DNA of 64,000 bases from Acutalibacteraceae bacterium (GCA_045604945.1 JAZUPA010000076.1:2281-66280); one strand, 5' to 3'. Shown: positions 19,235 through 29,505, counted from the stretch's first letter. A program made the numbers and translations. Notes: generated from the letters alone by a model not told the origin.

Positions 19235-19491
19235 ATAACTGTGAAGGGAAGAAGTACCCTGCACTTCATTCTTCAGAGAGCTGACGGTCGGTGCAAGTCA
19301 GCGGATGAGGCAGAGGAAATACATCCCGGAGTTGGGCTTCTGAAATTAACAGTAGGGAGCTTCGTGTGCGCACGTTACAGCGCAGAGTGATGCATGTCAC
19401 TCGCTAAGGCCGATTGCCGTGAGGTATCGGTAAACTGAGGTGGTAACGCGTAATTTTACGCCCTCTGCATATTAAATGCGGAGGGCGTTTT
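19235..19491 (+). promoter_or_regulatory. T-box riboswitch, Tyr specifier (UAC)
   Basis: AGAGA box plus GGUGCAA distal loop. Specifier segment GGAAA-UAC-A-UCCCGGAG (UAC at 19320-19322). T-box AAACUGAGGUGGUAACGCG (19432-19450). Terminator CGCCCTCTGCA...TGCGGAGGGCG plus T4 (19459-19491). Confidence 0.92.
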
Positions 19492-19527
19492 ATATTCCTC
19501 CGTAAAACCGAAAGGAGAAAGAAAACA

Positions 19528-20754
19528 ATGGGAGTTTACGACGAACTCAAAGCAAGAGGTCTGATTGCTCAGACAACCCACGAAGACAAAATCCGCGATC
19601 TTCTCAACAACGAAAAGGTAACCTTCTACATCGGATTTGACCCCACAGCAGACAGCCTTCATGTAGGCCATCTTCTGCAGATGATAATCATGAGCCACAT
19701 GCAGAAGGCAGGTCACAGACCTATCGCTGTTATCGGCGGCGGTACAGCAATGGTTGGTGACCCTTCAGGTCGTTCCGATATGCGCTCCATGATGACCAAG
19801 GAAACCATCGCTCACAACGGCAGATGCTTTGTTTCCCAGATGGAGAATGTTGTCGATTTCGGTGAAGGCAAGGCAATGATGCTCAACAACGGCGACTGGC
19901 TCTATGACCTTAACTACATCGATTTCCTCCGTGAAATAGGTGTACACTTCTCTGTCAACAGAATGCTCACCGCTGAGTGCTTCAAGACAAGACTTGAAAA
20001 GGGTCTGTCCTTTATCGAATTCAACTACATGCTGATGCAGAGCTACGATTTCCTTTGCCTTAATCAGAAGTACGGCTGCGTACTTGAGCTTGGCGGCGAT
20101 GACCAGTGGTCCAATATCCTTGGCGGCATCGAGCTTGTAAGACGTGTTGAGGGCAAGGAAGCATATGGTATGACCTTCCAGCTTCTGACCACCAGCGACG
20201 GCAAAAAGATGGGCAAGACCATGGGCGGTGCTGTATGGCTCGACCCGAAGAAGACTTCTCCCTACGATTTCTACCAGTACTGGAGAAACACCGAGGATGC
20301 AAGCGTTATCAAGTGTCTGAAGTTCCTTACCTTCCTGCCTCTTGAAGAGATTGAGAAGATGGAGAGTTGGACTGATAACAAGCTCAACGATGCAAAGGAA
20401 ATCCTTGCTTACGAGGTTACCAAGATCGTTCACGGTGAGGAAGAGGCTGAAAAGGCAAGAGCTGCAGCAAGAGCAATCTTCGGCGGCACAGGCGATGTTG
20501 AGAACATGCCTGCAACTGCTGTTGCTGACAGTGAATTTGTTGACGGCGCAATCGAAGTAACTCAGCTTATGGTACTCTGCGCCCTTGCAAAATCCAAGGG
20601 CGAAGCAAGAAGACTTGTTGAGCAGGGCGGCGTTATGATCGACGGCGAAAAGGTTGCTGATGTAAAGGCGACTGTTTCCAAGGATGCCTTCGAAAAGGGA
20701 CATGTAGTTATCAAGAAGGGCAAGAAGGTCTTCCATAAGGCTACATTAAATTAA
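19528..20754 (+). CDS. tyrS: Tyrosine--tRNA ligase
   Basis: HVGHL (HIGH) and KMGKT (KMSKS) motifs and a C-terminal S4-like domain. Confidence 0.97.
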   Translation: MGVYDELKARGLIAQTTHEDKIRDLLNNEKVTFYIGFDPTADSLHVGHLLQMIIMSHMQKAGHRPIAVIGGGTAMVGDPSGRSDMRSMMTKETIAHNGRCFVSQMENVVDFGEGKAMMLNNGDWLYDLNYIDFLREIGVHFSVNRMLTAECFKTRLEKGLSFIEFNYMLMQSYDFLCLNQKYGCVLELGGDDQWSNILGGIELVRRVEGKEAYGMTFQLLTTSDGKKMGKTMGGAVWLDPKKTSPYDFYQYWRNTEDASVIKCLKFLTFLPLEEIEKMESWTDNKLNDAKEILAYEVTKIVHGEEEAEKARAAARAIFGGTGDVENMPATAVADSEFVDGAIEVTQLMVLCALAKSKGEARRLVEQGGVMIDGEKVADVKATVSKDAFEKGHVVIKKGKKVFHKATLN

Positions 20755-20770
20755 CAGTTTCGACACAATA

Positions 20771-20807
20771 AAAAACGGCTTTATGTCTTTACATGAAGCC
20801 GTTTTTT
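20771..20807 (+). terminator. Rho-independent terminator after tyrS
   Basis: AACGGCTTTATGT pairs with ACATGAAGCCGTT, followed by T6. Confidence 0.8.
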
Positions 20808-20838
20808 AGTATAATTATATTTATGTGAAGAAAGGTAG

Positions 20839-21885
20839 GTGAGTGCAGTGCCGTCATTGGAAATGGGCGTTGATGTTGGTATAGATCTTGGCACATCAAT
20901 GGTTAAAATATTTACACCCGACAGGGGCATTGTGCTCAAGGAGCCTGCTGTTGTCGCAGTTGACAGGGATACAAACGAGATTCTTGCAATCGGCACCGAT
21001 GCCTACAGAATGCTCGGTCGCACCTCTGACAGAATTGCCGTTGTATATCCTCTTAAAGACGGTGTTATCTCCGATTATGACCTTGCAGAAGCAATGCTGA
21101 CTGCGCTGGTTCGTCTAGTGTGCGGAAACAAGATATTCATGCCGCGAGTAGTTGTGTGCGTTCCCATCGGCATTACCGAGGTCGAAAGACGTGCGGTAGT
21201 CGATGCGCTCAGAGCGGCGGGAGCAAGAAAAGTATGTCTTATTGACGAGGTTATTGCCGCAGCCCTCGGTGCAGGGCTTGATATTTCTCAGCCCTTCGGA
21301 CAGATAGTCTGTGATGTGGGCGGCGGTACGGCAGATGTAGGTATTATCTCTCTTAATAATACTGTTGTTTCTACCTCTGTAAAGCATGCAGGCAATAAAT
21401 TTGACGATGCAATCATAAAGCAGGTCAGAAGAGATCACAATCTTATCATAGGACCTCGAACTGCTGAGAATCTTAAAAAGGAAATCGGCGGAGTTGTTCC
21501 AAGAGATAAGCTGCTGACCTCCATCATAAAGGGCAGAGATGCAAGAAGCGGCATGCCAAGACAGGCGGAAGCCACTTCCGATGAGCTTATCGAAGCTCTT
21601 GAGGAGCAGTGCATTTACATCTGCAGAGCAATCCAGAGCGTTATAGAAGATGCACCTCCTGAGCTTGTAGCTGACCTTTATGACCACGGTCTTGTTCTCA
21701 CAGGCGGCAGCGCTATGCTCTACGGTCTTGATAAGATGATTTCAAGAAAAACAAGACTTAACGTATATGTTGCTCATGATCCGCAGAGCTGTGTTGTTTC
21801 AGGTACCGGCAAGGCGATTGCCTTTATAGATACAATGGACGAAGTCGAGCTTGTAACCTCACCTCTGGACATATATTCGTACTGA
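20839..21885 (+). CDS. Rod-shape/actin-like protein of the MreB/Mbl family
   Basis: GIDLGTS, DVGGGT and LTGGSA actin-fold motifs. The start is uncertain (GTG 20839, GTG 20848 or ATG 20863). No mreCD genes are adjacent. Confidence 0.9.
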   Translation: MSAVPSLEMGVDVGIDLGTSMVKIFTPDRGIVLKEPAVVAVDRDTNEILAIGTDAYRMLGRTSDRIAVVYPLKDGVISDYDLAEAMLTALVRLVCGNKIFMPRVVVCVPIGITEVERRAVVDALRAAGARKVCLIDEVIAAALGAGLDISQPFGQIVCDVGGGTADVGIISLNNTVVSTSVKHAGNKFDDAIIKQVRRDHNLIIGPRTAENLKKEIGGVVPRDKLLTSIIKGRDARSGMPRQAEATSDELIEALEEQCIYICRAIQSVIEDAPPELVADLYDHGLVLTGGSAMLYGLDKMISRKTRLNVYVAHDPQSCVVSGTGKAIAFIDTMDEVELVTSPLDIYSY

Positions 21886-21889
21886 TTCA

Positions 21890-21918
21890 AACGGCAGGAA
21901 AATATCCTGCCGTTTTTG
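21890..21918 (+). terminator. Rho-independent terminator after the mreB-like gene
   Basis: ACGGCAGGA-AAATA-TCCTGCCGT followed by T4. Confidence 0.8.
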
Positions 21919-21998
21919 GTTTATACGTTGATGATATCTTGAAAGTAGATTTTTCTGTGGTATAATGTAAAAAATATCAAATTTCGGGAGGCGTTTTT

Positions 21999-23498
21999 AT
22001 GCCTGATAAAAAATATATAATGGCTATGGACCAGGGAACAACCAGTTCCAGATGCATAATTTTTGATACAGATGGCAAGGCCGTCGGCAGCTATCAGGAG
22101 GAGTTTGAGCAGATTTTCCCTCAGCCGGGCTTTGTTGAGCACAATCCCATGGAGATTCTTTCATCTCAGATGAATTCTGCCAGAATGGCAATGAGCGATG
22201 CGGGAATCACAGCTGATGAAATTGCTGCAATAGGAATTACCAACCAGCGTGAAACAGTAATTGCATGGCAGCGCTCAACGGGCAAGCCCGTATATAATGC
22301 CATTGTATGGCAGTGCCGACGCAGTGCGCCTTTCTGTGAGAAGCTCAAGGCTGACGGCACTGCGGACTATATAAAAGAGAAAACAGGTCTTATTATAGAC
22401 GCCTATTTCTCCGGTACCAAAATGAAGTGGATACTTGATAATGTGCCTGAAGCAGGACGGCTCAATGAAGAGGGAGACCTTTGCTTTGGTACAGTTGATT
22501 CCTGGCTTCTCTGGAATCTTACAGGGGGAAAGGTTCACGCAACCGACATCACCAACGCTTCGCGCACGATGCTTTTTGACATTCATAAGAGAGACTGGGA
22601 TGATAAGCTTCTTGACATTATGGGTGTCAGAAGAGAATCACTGCCTGAAGTCAGGGCAAGTGCAGGATATTTCGGAACAAGTGTTGAATCCATACTGGGT
22701 GCGGAAATTCCCATTACAGGCATTGCAGGAGACCAGCACGCGGCGACCTTCGGTCAGTGCTGCTTTGAAGAAGGCAGCGCAAAGAACACCTATGGCACAG
22801 GCTGCTTTATTCTTATGAATACAGGAGACAAGCCTATAGTTTCCGAAAGCGGACTTCTGACAACAGTCTGCTGGCAGCTGGGAGACAAGGTTACATATGC
22901 TCTTGAGGGCAGTGCCTTCAATGCAGGCAGTGCGATAAAGTGGCTTCGCGATGAGCTTCATATAATTGAATCTCCGCAGCAGGCAGATGCCTTTGCTGAG
23001 GAAGTCGATAACAGCTACGGCCTCAGCTTTGTTCCTGCCTTTACAGGTCTGGGTGCGCCTTACTGGGATATGTATGCAAGGGGTGTTCTGCTTGGAATAA
23101 CCCGAGGAACTTCGAATAAGCATATTGCCCGCGCGGTGCTTGAAAGTATAGCACTTCAGTGCTACGACCTTTTCAGAGCTATGGAAAAGGATTCAGGCAT
23201 CAGCCTTACAGAAATCAAGGTTGACGGCGGGGTAAGCAACAGCCGCTTTGTAATGCAGCTGCAGGCAGACCTGCTGGGTCTTGATGTTGTAAGACCTTCC
23301 TTTGTTGAAACTACTGCTCTCGGTGCTGCGTATTTTGCAGGAATCGGTGCAGGTATCTGGCACGACCTTGAGGAGCTGCGCTCTGTATGGGAGCTTGGCA
23401 GACGTTTTGAACCTTCCGTCAGCCGCGAAGCTGCTGAAAAACAGATACAGCTCTGGCACAGAGCCGTTGAACGCAGCATGAGCTGGGTCGGCGAATAA
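21999..23498 (+). CDS. glpK: Glycerol kinase
   Basis: 499 aa with MAMDQGTTSSRCIIFD N-terminus, FGTVDSWLLWNLTGG and FGQCCF motifs of GlpK. Confidence 0.95.
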   Translation: MPDKKYIMAMDQGTTSSRCIIFDTDGKAVGSYQEEFEQIFPQPGFVEHNPMEILSSQMNSARMAMSDAGITADEIAAIGITNQRETVIAWQRSTGKPVYNAIVWQCRRSAPFCEKLKADGTADYIKEKTGLIIDAYFSGTKMKWILDNVPEAGRLNEEGDLCFGTVDSWLLWNLTGGKVHATDITNASRTMLFDIHKRDWDDKLLDIMGVRRESLPEVRASAGYFGTSVESILGAEIPITGIAGDQHAATFGQCCFEEGSAKNTYGTGCFILMNTGDKPIVSESGLLTTVCWQLGDKVTYALEGSAFNAGSAIKWLRDELHIIESPQQADAFAEEVDNSYGLSFVPAFTGLGAPYWDMYARGVLLGITRGTSNKHIARAVLESIALQCYDLFRAMEKDSGISLTEIKVDGGVSNSRFVMQLQADLLGLDVVRPSFVETTALGAAYFAGIGAGIWHDLEELRSVWELGRRFEPSVSREAAEKQIQLWHRAVERSMSWVGE

Positions 23499-23520
23499 TT
23501 ATTCCTGCTACAAAAACCGA

Positions 23521-23549
23521 TTGAAATACCCTGAATGCTCTGATATAAT
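23521..23549 (+). promoter_or_regulatory. Sigma-A promoter with extended -10
   Basis: TTGAAA, 17 nt, TATAAT, with TGA immediately upstream of the -10. Confidence 0.6.
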
Positions 23550-23564
23550 TTAAGGTGAAATGAG

Positions 23565-24467
23565 GTGTATATATTGGTTACTCCAAAATCAATAAAGACT
23601 ACAGCCAAGGCGCAGCTTTCGCGAAACTGGTTCAAGGCGTTTGTAGCCATGGGATTTCTTCTTATGGCATCCCTCAGCATCTATCTTGCTGAGCAGCTTA
23701 TTAATTCGCTCCTTTCAGGTTACGGCATCATAAAGGAAATATCTATTTCCGACGAGGCACTGGATGGTATAGGCAGCTTTTCTGCTGAGATAGTAAGTGC
23801 TGTTACCAGCGATTCCTTCATGCTCAGCGGTATGATCATGCTGTTATTCCTGCTTGTGAGATTTGTTATCCTTTCGCCGCTTGAAATGGGCGAGACCAAG
23901 TGGTATTACAGCGTGGCAAAGGGTTCAAGAACCCATCTGAGAAAGATGTTCTTCTATTTTGGCTCCAACGAAGGATATATTTCACTTGTTTTCTTTAAAA
24001 TAGGTCAGCTGATACGTCAGATAGCATACGGTCTGGTGGCTTTTCTTGCTGCTATTGCCGCACTGAGCCTTTCGATCTATCAGTTTACAATCTATTACAA
24101 CAGCGGAATTGAGGAAGATATGCAGAAGGCGTTTCTTTATCTGGCTGTTACCGCTGTACTTGCCTTGCTTGGCGTTGTACTTTATGTACTTCTCATGCTC
24201 AAATATTTCCTTGCTGAATATCTTTTTGCTTCAATGAACGATTTTGGCGGCGGATTCAGACAGATCAACTCCTGCTTTGCCCGCTCCAAGGAGCTTATGT
24301 CGGGGCAGACAGGCAGAGTTATAGCGCTTATTATAAGCTTTATTCCTCTTATGATCTCATGTATTCTTATTTTCCCAATTCTGTATGTGTACCCCTATAT
24401 GAAAGCTTCTCTTGCTGCTCTTGCCAGAACAATTATCAAGGAAGCTCGAAACGACGATAACAAGTGA
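23565..24467 (+). CDS. DUF975-like integral membrane protein
   Basis: N-terminal ...IKTTAKAQLSRNWFKAFVAMGFLL followed by multiple TM helices. A TTG at 23574 is better spaced from the GAGG RBS. Confidence 0.6.
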   Translation: MYILVTPKSIKTTAKAQLSRNWFKAFVAMGFLLMASLSIYLAEQLINSLLSGYGIIKEISISDEALDGIGSFSAEIVSAVTSDSFMLSGMIMLLFLLVRFVILSPLEMGETKWYYSVAKGSRTHLRKMFFYFGSNEGYISLVFFKIGQLIRQIAYGLVAFLAAIAALSLSIYQFTIYYNSGIEEDMQKAFLYLAVTAVLALLGVVLYVLLMLKYFLAEYLFASMNDFGGGFRQINSCFARSKELMSGQTGRVIALIISFIPLMISCILIFPILYVYPYMKASLAALARTIIKEARNDDNK

Positions 24468-24484
24468 TAATCGGAGGTACTACT

Positions 24485-24991
24485 GTGAGCAGAATCAAGC
24501 TTTCGGGAATTGAGCCCGAGTCGATTGTGGACGGACCGGGATTCCGTTTTGTACTTTTCACTCAGGGATGCAGACACAACTGTGAGGGGTGTCATAATCC
24601 TCAGACACACGATCCTGAGGGAGGATATTTTGAGGAAACTGACAATCTCATTCCTCAGATTCAGAAAAATCCGCTTATAAAGGGAATTACCTTGTCAGGC
24701 GGCGAGCCCTTTGACCAGGCAGAAGCGCTGCTGGATTTTGCAGAAAAGGTCAGAGCCCTTGGATACAGTATTTTTGCATACAGCGGATATACCTTCGAGC
24801 AGCTGCTTGAAGGCGGCAAAACCAGGGAAGCATGGATAAAGCTTCTTGAGATGTGCGACACTCTTGTCGATGGACGTTTTGAAATCAGCCAGCGCAGTCT
24901 GGAGCTTGTTTTCAGAGGTTCACGCAATCAGAGAATAATCGACGTTAAGAAATCTCTGGAAGCGGGAAAAGTTATAGAAGCCAATATATAA
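24485..24991 (+). CDS. nrdG: Anaerobic ribonucleoside-triphosphate reductase activating protein (radical SAM)
   Basis: DGPGFRFVLFTQGCRHNCEGCHNP and GITLSGGEP motifs. The GTG at 24485 lies 8 nt after a GGAGG RBS. Confidence 0.85.
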   Translation: MSRIKLSGIEPESIVDGPGFRFVLFTQGCRHNCEGCHNPQTHDPEGGYFEETDNLIPQIQKNPLIKGITLSGGEPFDQAEALLDFAEKVRALGYSIFAYSGYTFEQLLEGGKTREAWIKLLEMCDTLVDGRFEISQRSLELVFRGSRNQRIIDVKKSLEAGKVIEANI

Positions 24992-25033
24992 AAAATCAGC
25001 AGAACTTGAGAAATCCAAGTTCTGCTGAAAAAT
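24991..25033. terminator. Bidirectional terminator between convergent genes
   Basis: TCAGCAGAACTTG pairs with CAAGTTCTGCTGA (13 bp), flanked by A5 and A5TT. Confidence 0.8.
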
Positions 25034-25554
25034 TAGAACGAAGTCAATATGACTGCCACAAGGATAGCGAGCATTCCGAGAGCGAGGGGGACAGCACCCT
25101 TTTTGCCCTTCTTGATGAGCACTGCGCCGAAAATGACAGCACTGGCGCCGAGCACGATTCCGATAAAAGGCAGATAAGCTTTTGCTGCCTGCCAGGCGTA
25201 AGCCTTGCTGTCAACGAGCATTTCAACACAGGAAAGAATGAAAGCTATCGCTACAGAAGCGCCGCCCCAGATAACAGCCAGCTTTTCAGAGTTCGGCTTC
25301 TTTTTCTCACCTGCGGCAGCTTTTGCAGGTGCAGCAGGCTCTTCCTTCTTTACCTCAGCAACAGGCTGCTTTTCAGGTGCCTTTTCTTCTTTGGGCTGAG
25401 CTTTCTCTTCAGGCTTTGTATCATCGGTCTTTTCGTACTTTACCTCAGGATCGAATTCCTTTGCAATAGCCTCGTCATCGTAAGCTTCCTTGCCCTCGAG
25501 TCTGGCTCTTGCTTTAGTCAGCTCTTCCAAAAACTTCTCTTCAAAGTTTTCCAT
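25033..25554 (-). CDS. Hypothetical membrane protein with a Lys/Glu/Pro/Ala-rich N-terminal region
   Basis: The ATG at 25554 follows an AAAGGCGGTG RBS. The charged low-complexity N-terminus is followed by three hydrophobic helices. Confidence 0.6.
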   Translation of the reverse strand: MENFEEKFLEELTKARARLEGKEAYDDEAIAKEFDPEVKYEKTDDTKPEEKAQPKEEKAPEKQPVAEVKKEEPAAPAKAAAGEKKKPNSEKLAVIWGGASVAIAFILSCVEMLVDSKAYAWQAAKAYLPFIGIVLGASAVIFGAVLIKKGKKGAVPLALGMLAILVAVILTSF

Positions 25555-25632
25555 AATACACCGCCTTTGAATCTTTTTTCTTATAATATCATAATAAAAA
25601 TCAAATATCAATAAAAAATCGGGGTTGATTAT

Positions 25633-26310
25633 ATGGAGTTTGATATCAAAAGAATCCTTTCCGCCTGTGACCATACCTTGCTGAGACAGGATTGCACATG
25701 GGAGGAAATCAGAAAAATCTGTGATGAGGGAATGGAATACGGTACAGCTTCCGTATGTATTCCTGCTTCATTCGTAAAACGCGCATCAGAATATGTGGGC
25801 GGCAGAATTCCTGTCTGTACGGTTATCGGATTTCCAAACGGCTATTCGACTGCTGCAGTCAAATGCTTTGAAACCGAGGATGCTGTCAAAAACGGCGCGG
25901 ATGAAATCGATATGGTTATTAACCTCGGAGACCTGAAAGAAGGAAACTATGAAAGAATCCTTGATGAAATCAACCTTGTCAAGGATGCATGCGGAGGAAA
26001 ACTACTGAAGGTTATTATAGAAACATGCCTTCTGACTGATGAGGAGAAGATCAGAATGTGCGAAACTGTCAGCGCTTCCAAAGCTGACTTTATCAAGACT
26101 TCCACAGGTTTCTCAAAAGGCGGAGCGACGGCAGAGGACATCAGTCTTTTTGCAGAGCATGTTGTCAGACCGCTTAAAATCAAGGCTGCAGGCGGTATTG
26201 CCACCCTTGAGGATGCACAGCTCTTCCTGAGCCTCGGCGCGGACAGACTAGGCACCAGCAGAATTATCAGGCTGGCTGCTGAATATATCAAAAACAGGAA
26301 AGGAGAATAA
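25633..26310 (+). CDS. deoC: Deoxyribose-phosphate aldolase
   Basis: DHTLL..., VCTVIGFPNG and KADFIKTSTGF (Schiff-base Lys) motifs. Confidence 0.93.
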   Translation: MEFDIKRILSACDHTLLRQDCTWEEIRKICDEGMEYGTASVCIPASFVKRASEYVGGRIPVCTVIGFPNGYSTAAVKCFETEDAVKNGADEIDMVINLGDLKEGNYERILDEINLVKDACGGKLLKVIIETCLLTDEEKIRMCETVSASKADFIKTSTGFSKGGATAEDISLFAEHVVRPLKIKAAGGIATLEDAQLFLSLGADRLGTSRIIRLAAEYIKNRKGE

Positions 26311-26312
26311 TT

Positions 26313-27023
26313 ATGCCTACAGCACACAACAAAGCCAATGTCGGAGACTTTGCAAAAACAGTTCTTATGCCGGGAGACCCTCTGAGAGCAAAATATATTG
26401 CAGAAACATATCTCGAAAATTGCAGGCTTGTCAATAATGTAAGAGGTATTCATGGCTATACAGGAACATATAAGGGCGTGCCTGTATCGGTTATGGCAAG
26501 CGGCATGGGAATGCCCTCAATCGGAATCTACAGCTATGAGCTGTTTTCCTTTTATGAAGTTGAGAATATCATCAGAATCGGCTCAGCAGGAGCTATCAAT
26601 ACAGATGTTCATGTAAGAGACATTGTGGTCGGCATGGGCGCCTGCACAAATTCAAATTTTGCTTCTCAGTACAAGCTGCCTGGAACCTTTGCGCCGATTT
26701 GCAGCTACAGTCTTCTTGAGAAGATAACCGAAAACTGCAAGAGCCACGGTGCAAGATACCATGTGGGAAATATTCTCTCTTCTGATACCTTCTACAACGC
26801 AGATGAAACCGCAACAGAGCGTTGGGCGAAGATGGGGGTTATGGCAATAGAAATGGAAGCTGCTGCACTTTATATGAATGCAGCACTGCTAGGTAAAAAC
26901 GCAATCGCAATCTGCACTATTTCAGACCATATCCTCACAGGGGAGGAGCTTTCTGCGGATGAGCGCCAGACATCCTTTGGCCAGATGATGGAGATTGCCC
27001 TTGACACTGCGATTTCACTGTAA
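26313..27023 (+). CDS. deoD: Purine nucleoside phosphorylase, DeoD type
   Basis: TAHNKA...VLMPGDPLRAKYIAE...MGMPS...EMEAAALY are typical of hexameric PNP. Confidence 0.93.
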   Translation: MPTAHNKANVGDFAKTVLMPGDPLRAKYIAETYLENCRLVNNVRGIHGYTGTYKGVPVSVMASGMGMPSIGIYSYELFSFYEVENIIRIGSAGAINTDVHVRDIVVGMGACTNSNFASQYKLPGTFAPICSYSLLEKITENCKSHGARYHVGNILSSDTFYNADETATERWAKMGVMAIEMEAAALYMNAALLGKNAIAICTISDHILTGEELSADERQTSFGQMMEIALDTAISL

Positions 27024-27035
27024 GGAGATAGCCTT

Positions 27036-28337
27036 ATGAGAATGTATGATGTCATACACAGGAAAAGAAACGGCGGAGAACTCAGCGACGAAGAAATCTA
27101 CGAAGTAATAAAGGGTTATACAAACGGAGAGATTCCTGATTATCAGATGTCAGCGCTCTGCATGGCGATATTCTATATGGGTATGACCGACAGAGAAACC
27201 GCTGTTCTTACCGATGCAATGGCTAAATCAGGTGATACCCTTGACCTGTCAGAGCTTGGCGGTGCTACTGTTGACAAGCACTCAACAGGCGGGGTAGGTG
27301 ATAAGACCACTCTTATTGTAGCACCCCTGGTGGCATCCCTTGGAGGCATTACTGCAAAAATGTCAGGCAGAGGTCTTGGACACACAGGCGGAACCATAGA
27401 CAAGCTTGAATCAATTCCGGGTTTCAGAACAGAAATGAGTTCAGATGAATTTATGTCAACTGTTAAAAACAACGGAATTGCAGTAATTGGACAGAGCAAG
27501 AACCTTGCGCCTGCTGATAAGATGCTCTATGCACTGAGGGATGTTACCGCAACAGTTGACAGCCTTCCGCTTATCGCATCCAGCATTATGAGCAAGAAGC
27601 TGGCGTCCGGTGCCAGATCGATTGTACTTGATGTAAAGGTCGGCAGCGGAGCGTTTATGAAGACCGTAGAGGATGCCCGAGCTCTTGCCGAAAAGATGAC
27701 TGACATTGGCAAACGCAATGGCAGAAATGTGCGTGCTGTGCTTACAAATATGGATGAACCGCTGGGCTTTGCAGTGGGAAACAGCGTTGAAGTTATAGAG
27801 GCGCTGGAGGTTTTGAAGGGTAAAGGACCTGATGATCTTCGAGAGGTGTGTCTTACCCTTGCAACTGAGATGCTTTGCCTTGTTCATGGATGGAACAGAG
27901 AAGAAAGCCGTAACAAAGCCGAAAATTCATTGTTAAGTGGATTGGCTTTACAGGTATTTAAGTCTTGGATTGAAACTCAAGGCGGAGATTTGAGCTATAT
28001 TGAAGACATTACACGCTTTTCAAAATGTAAATTCACAATACCTGTTACAGCTGAAGAGTGCGGCTATGTATCATCGATCAATGCCGAGGAAGTTGGTGGC
28101 TGTTCTGTGCTGCTGGGAGCAGGCAGAGCGAGTAAGACGGATGAGATTGACCATGCTGCAGGCATCATTCTTAAAAAGAAGGTCGGAGATAGAATCGAGA
28201 AGGGTGATGTTATCGCTGAGCTTCTTACAAACAGAGAGGATGTAATTTCATCTGCCACTGAAAAGCTTCTTTCAGCGTATACAACAACGCCGGATAAAGT
28301 CACAGCAAAACAACTTATCATCGACATAATAAGTTAA
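27036..28337 (+). CDS. pdp: Pyrimidine-nucleoside (thymidine) phosphorylase
   Basis: KRNG..LS.EEI, DKHSTGGVGDKT and SGRGLGHTGGT motifs. Confidence 0.93.
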   Translation: MRMYDVIHRKRNGGELSDEEIYEVIKGYTNGEIPDYQMSALCMAIFYMGMTDRETAVLTDAMAKSGDTLDLSELGGATVDKHSTGGVGDKTTLIVAPLVASLGGITAKMSGRGLGHTGGTIDKLESIPGFRTEMSSDEFMSTVKNNGIAVIGQSKNLAPADKMLYALRDVTATVDSLPLIASSIMSKKLASGARSIVLDVKVGSGAFMKTVEDARALAEKMTDIGKRNGRNVRAVLTNMDEPLGFAVGNSVEVIEALEVLKGKGPDDLREVCLTLATEMLCLVHGWNREESRNKAENSLLSGLALQVFKSWIETQGGDLSYIEDITRFSKCKFTIPVTAEECGYVSSINAEEVGGCSVLLGAGRASKTDEIDHAAGIILKKKVGDRIEKGDVIAELLTNREDVISSATEKLLSAYTTTPDKVTAKQLIIDIIS

Positions 28338-28370
28338 CATAATTTCTAAAAATTTATCGTAATCAAAATA

Positions 28371-28416
28371 AAACCTCCTGCATATATTTTATGGACATGA
28401 AATATGCGGGAGGTTT
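28371..28416 (+). promoter_or_regulatory. 15-bp stem-loop whose 3' arm contains the RBS of the S1-domain gene
   Basis: AAACCTCCTGCATAT (28371-28385) pairs with ATATGCGGGAGGTTT (28402-28416). The ATG follows at 28422. Confidence 0.6.
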
Positions 28417-28421
28417 ATCAT

Positions 28422-29345
28422 ATGAAAAAATATCTGCCTGAGGGAAGGCTTATAAGTACACCTGAAAATATCAGTGCGCTTTCATCCTGTGCTGCACTTG
28501 CAACAGCAATGACAGAACGAAGGATTCTCGAAGCAAGAGCAGTGCTTTGTGACGGCAGACATAATCTTATTGTTGATCTGGGATGCATGAAGGGTGTTAT
28601 CAAGCGTGAAGAGGGTGCAAGGGGTATTGCTGAGGGTAAGGTGCGTGATATTGCGGTGATTTCGCGGGTCGGGAAACCCGTCTGCTTCTATGTTGAAAGC
28701 ATTACTTCCGATTCAAACGGTGTTCCTTATGCTCTGCTTTCGAGAAGGGCTGTGCAGGAAGACTGCGTCAGAAATTACATAGACAGGCTTGTATCAGGGG
28801 ATGTAATTGATGCGACAGTTACCCATCTTGAGCCCTTCGGTGCTTTTGTTGATATCGGCTGCGGTCTGCCTTCCATGGTGAGTATTGACCTGATTTCCGT
28901 TTCGCGCATAGCTCATCCCCGTGACAGGCTTTCGGTTGGAATGGAAATACGCGCTGTTGTCAAAAGCAATGAGTGTGACGGGCGTGTTGTGCTGTCACAC
29001 CGCGAATTACTCGGCACATGGAGTGAAAATGCCGCTCGCTTCAAGGTCGGAGAGACTGTTACAGGGGTTGTTCGTTCTATTGAAGAATACGGTATCTTTG
29101 TTGAGATTGCGCCTAATCTGGCGGGTCTTGCAGAGAGCAGGGAGGGAGTATGCATCGGTCATTTTGCAAGTGTGTATATAAAAAGCATTATCCCTGAACG
29201 AATGAAGGTAAAGCTTGTGCTGGTTGATACCTTCAGAGCAGATGCAGCCCCATCGGCACCTGATTATTTCTTTCACGGCGATCATATTGATTCATTCTGT
29301 TACTCTCCAAAGGAATGTGATCGGATTATTGAGACAATTTTCTGA
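28422..29345 (+). CDS. S1 RNA-binding domain protein (two S1 motifs)
   Basis: GDVIDATVTHLEPFGAFVDIG and GETVTGVVRSIEEYGIFVEI S1 signatures. Confidence 0.8.
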   Translation: MKKYLPEGRLISTPENISALSSCAALATAMTERRILEARAVLCDGRHNLIVDLGCMKGVIKREEGARGIAEGKVRDIAVISRVGKPVCFYVESITSDSNGVPYALLSRRAVQEDCVRNYIDRLVSGDVIDATVTHLEPFGAFVDIGCGLPSMVSIDLISVSRIAHPRDRLSVGMEIRAVVKSNECDGRVVLSHRELLGTWSENAARFKVGETVTGVVRSIEEYGIFVEIAPNLAGLAESREGVCIGHFASVYIKSIIPERMKVKLVLVDTFRADAAPSAPDYFFHGDHIDSFCYSPKECDRIIETIF

Positions 29346-29351
29346 TTTTAC

Positions 29352-29395
29352 CGCCTCTTTTTGCTTCTTTTTCTGCAAAAAGAGGCGTGTTTTTA
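29352..29395 (+). terminator. Rho-independent terminator
   Basis: CGCCTCTTTTTGC pairs with GCAAAAAGAGGCG (13 bp), followed by TGTTTTT. Confidence 0.85.
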
Positions 29396-29505
29396 TAATT
29401 TTATACATGAATATATTGTGTATATACATTCTGTGTGCTATAATAATTAAGTATGATACGCCTTTGAAAAACACGCATAAATATAAGCATCTGGAGGATT
29501 TTACC

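Noticed and set aside
19765-20736. 323-aa ORF antisense to tyrS.
   Set aside because: It is a shadow of a confidently identified aaRS gene, with no recognisable motifs and no RBS.
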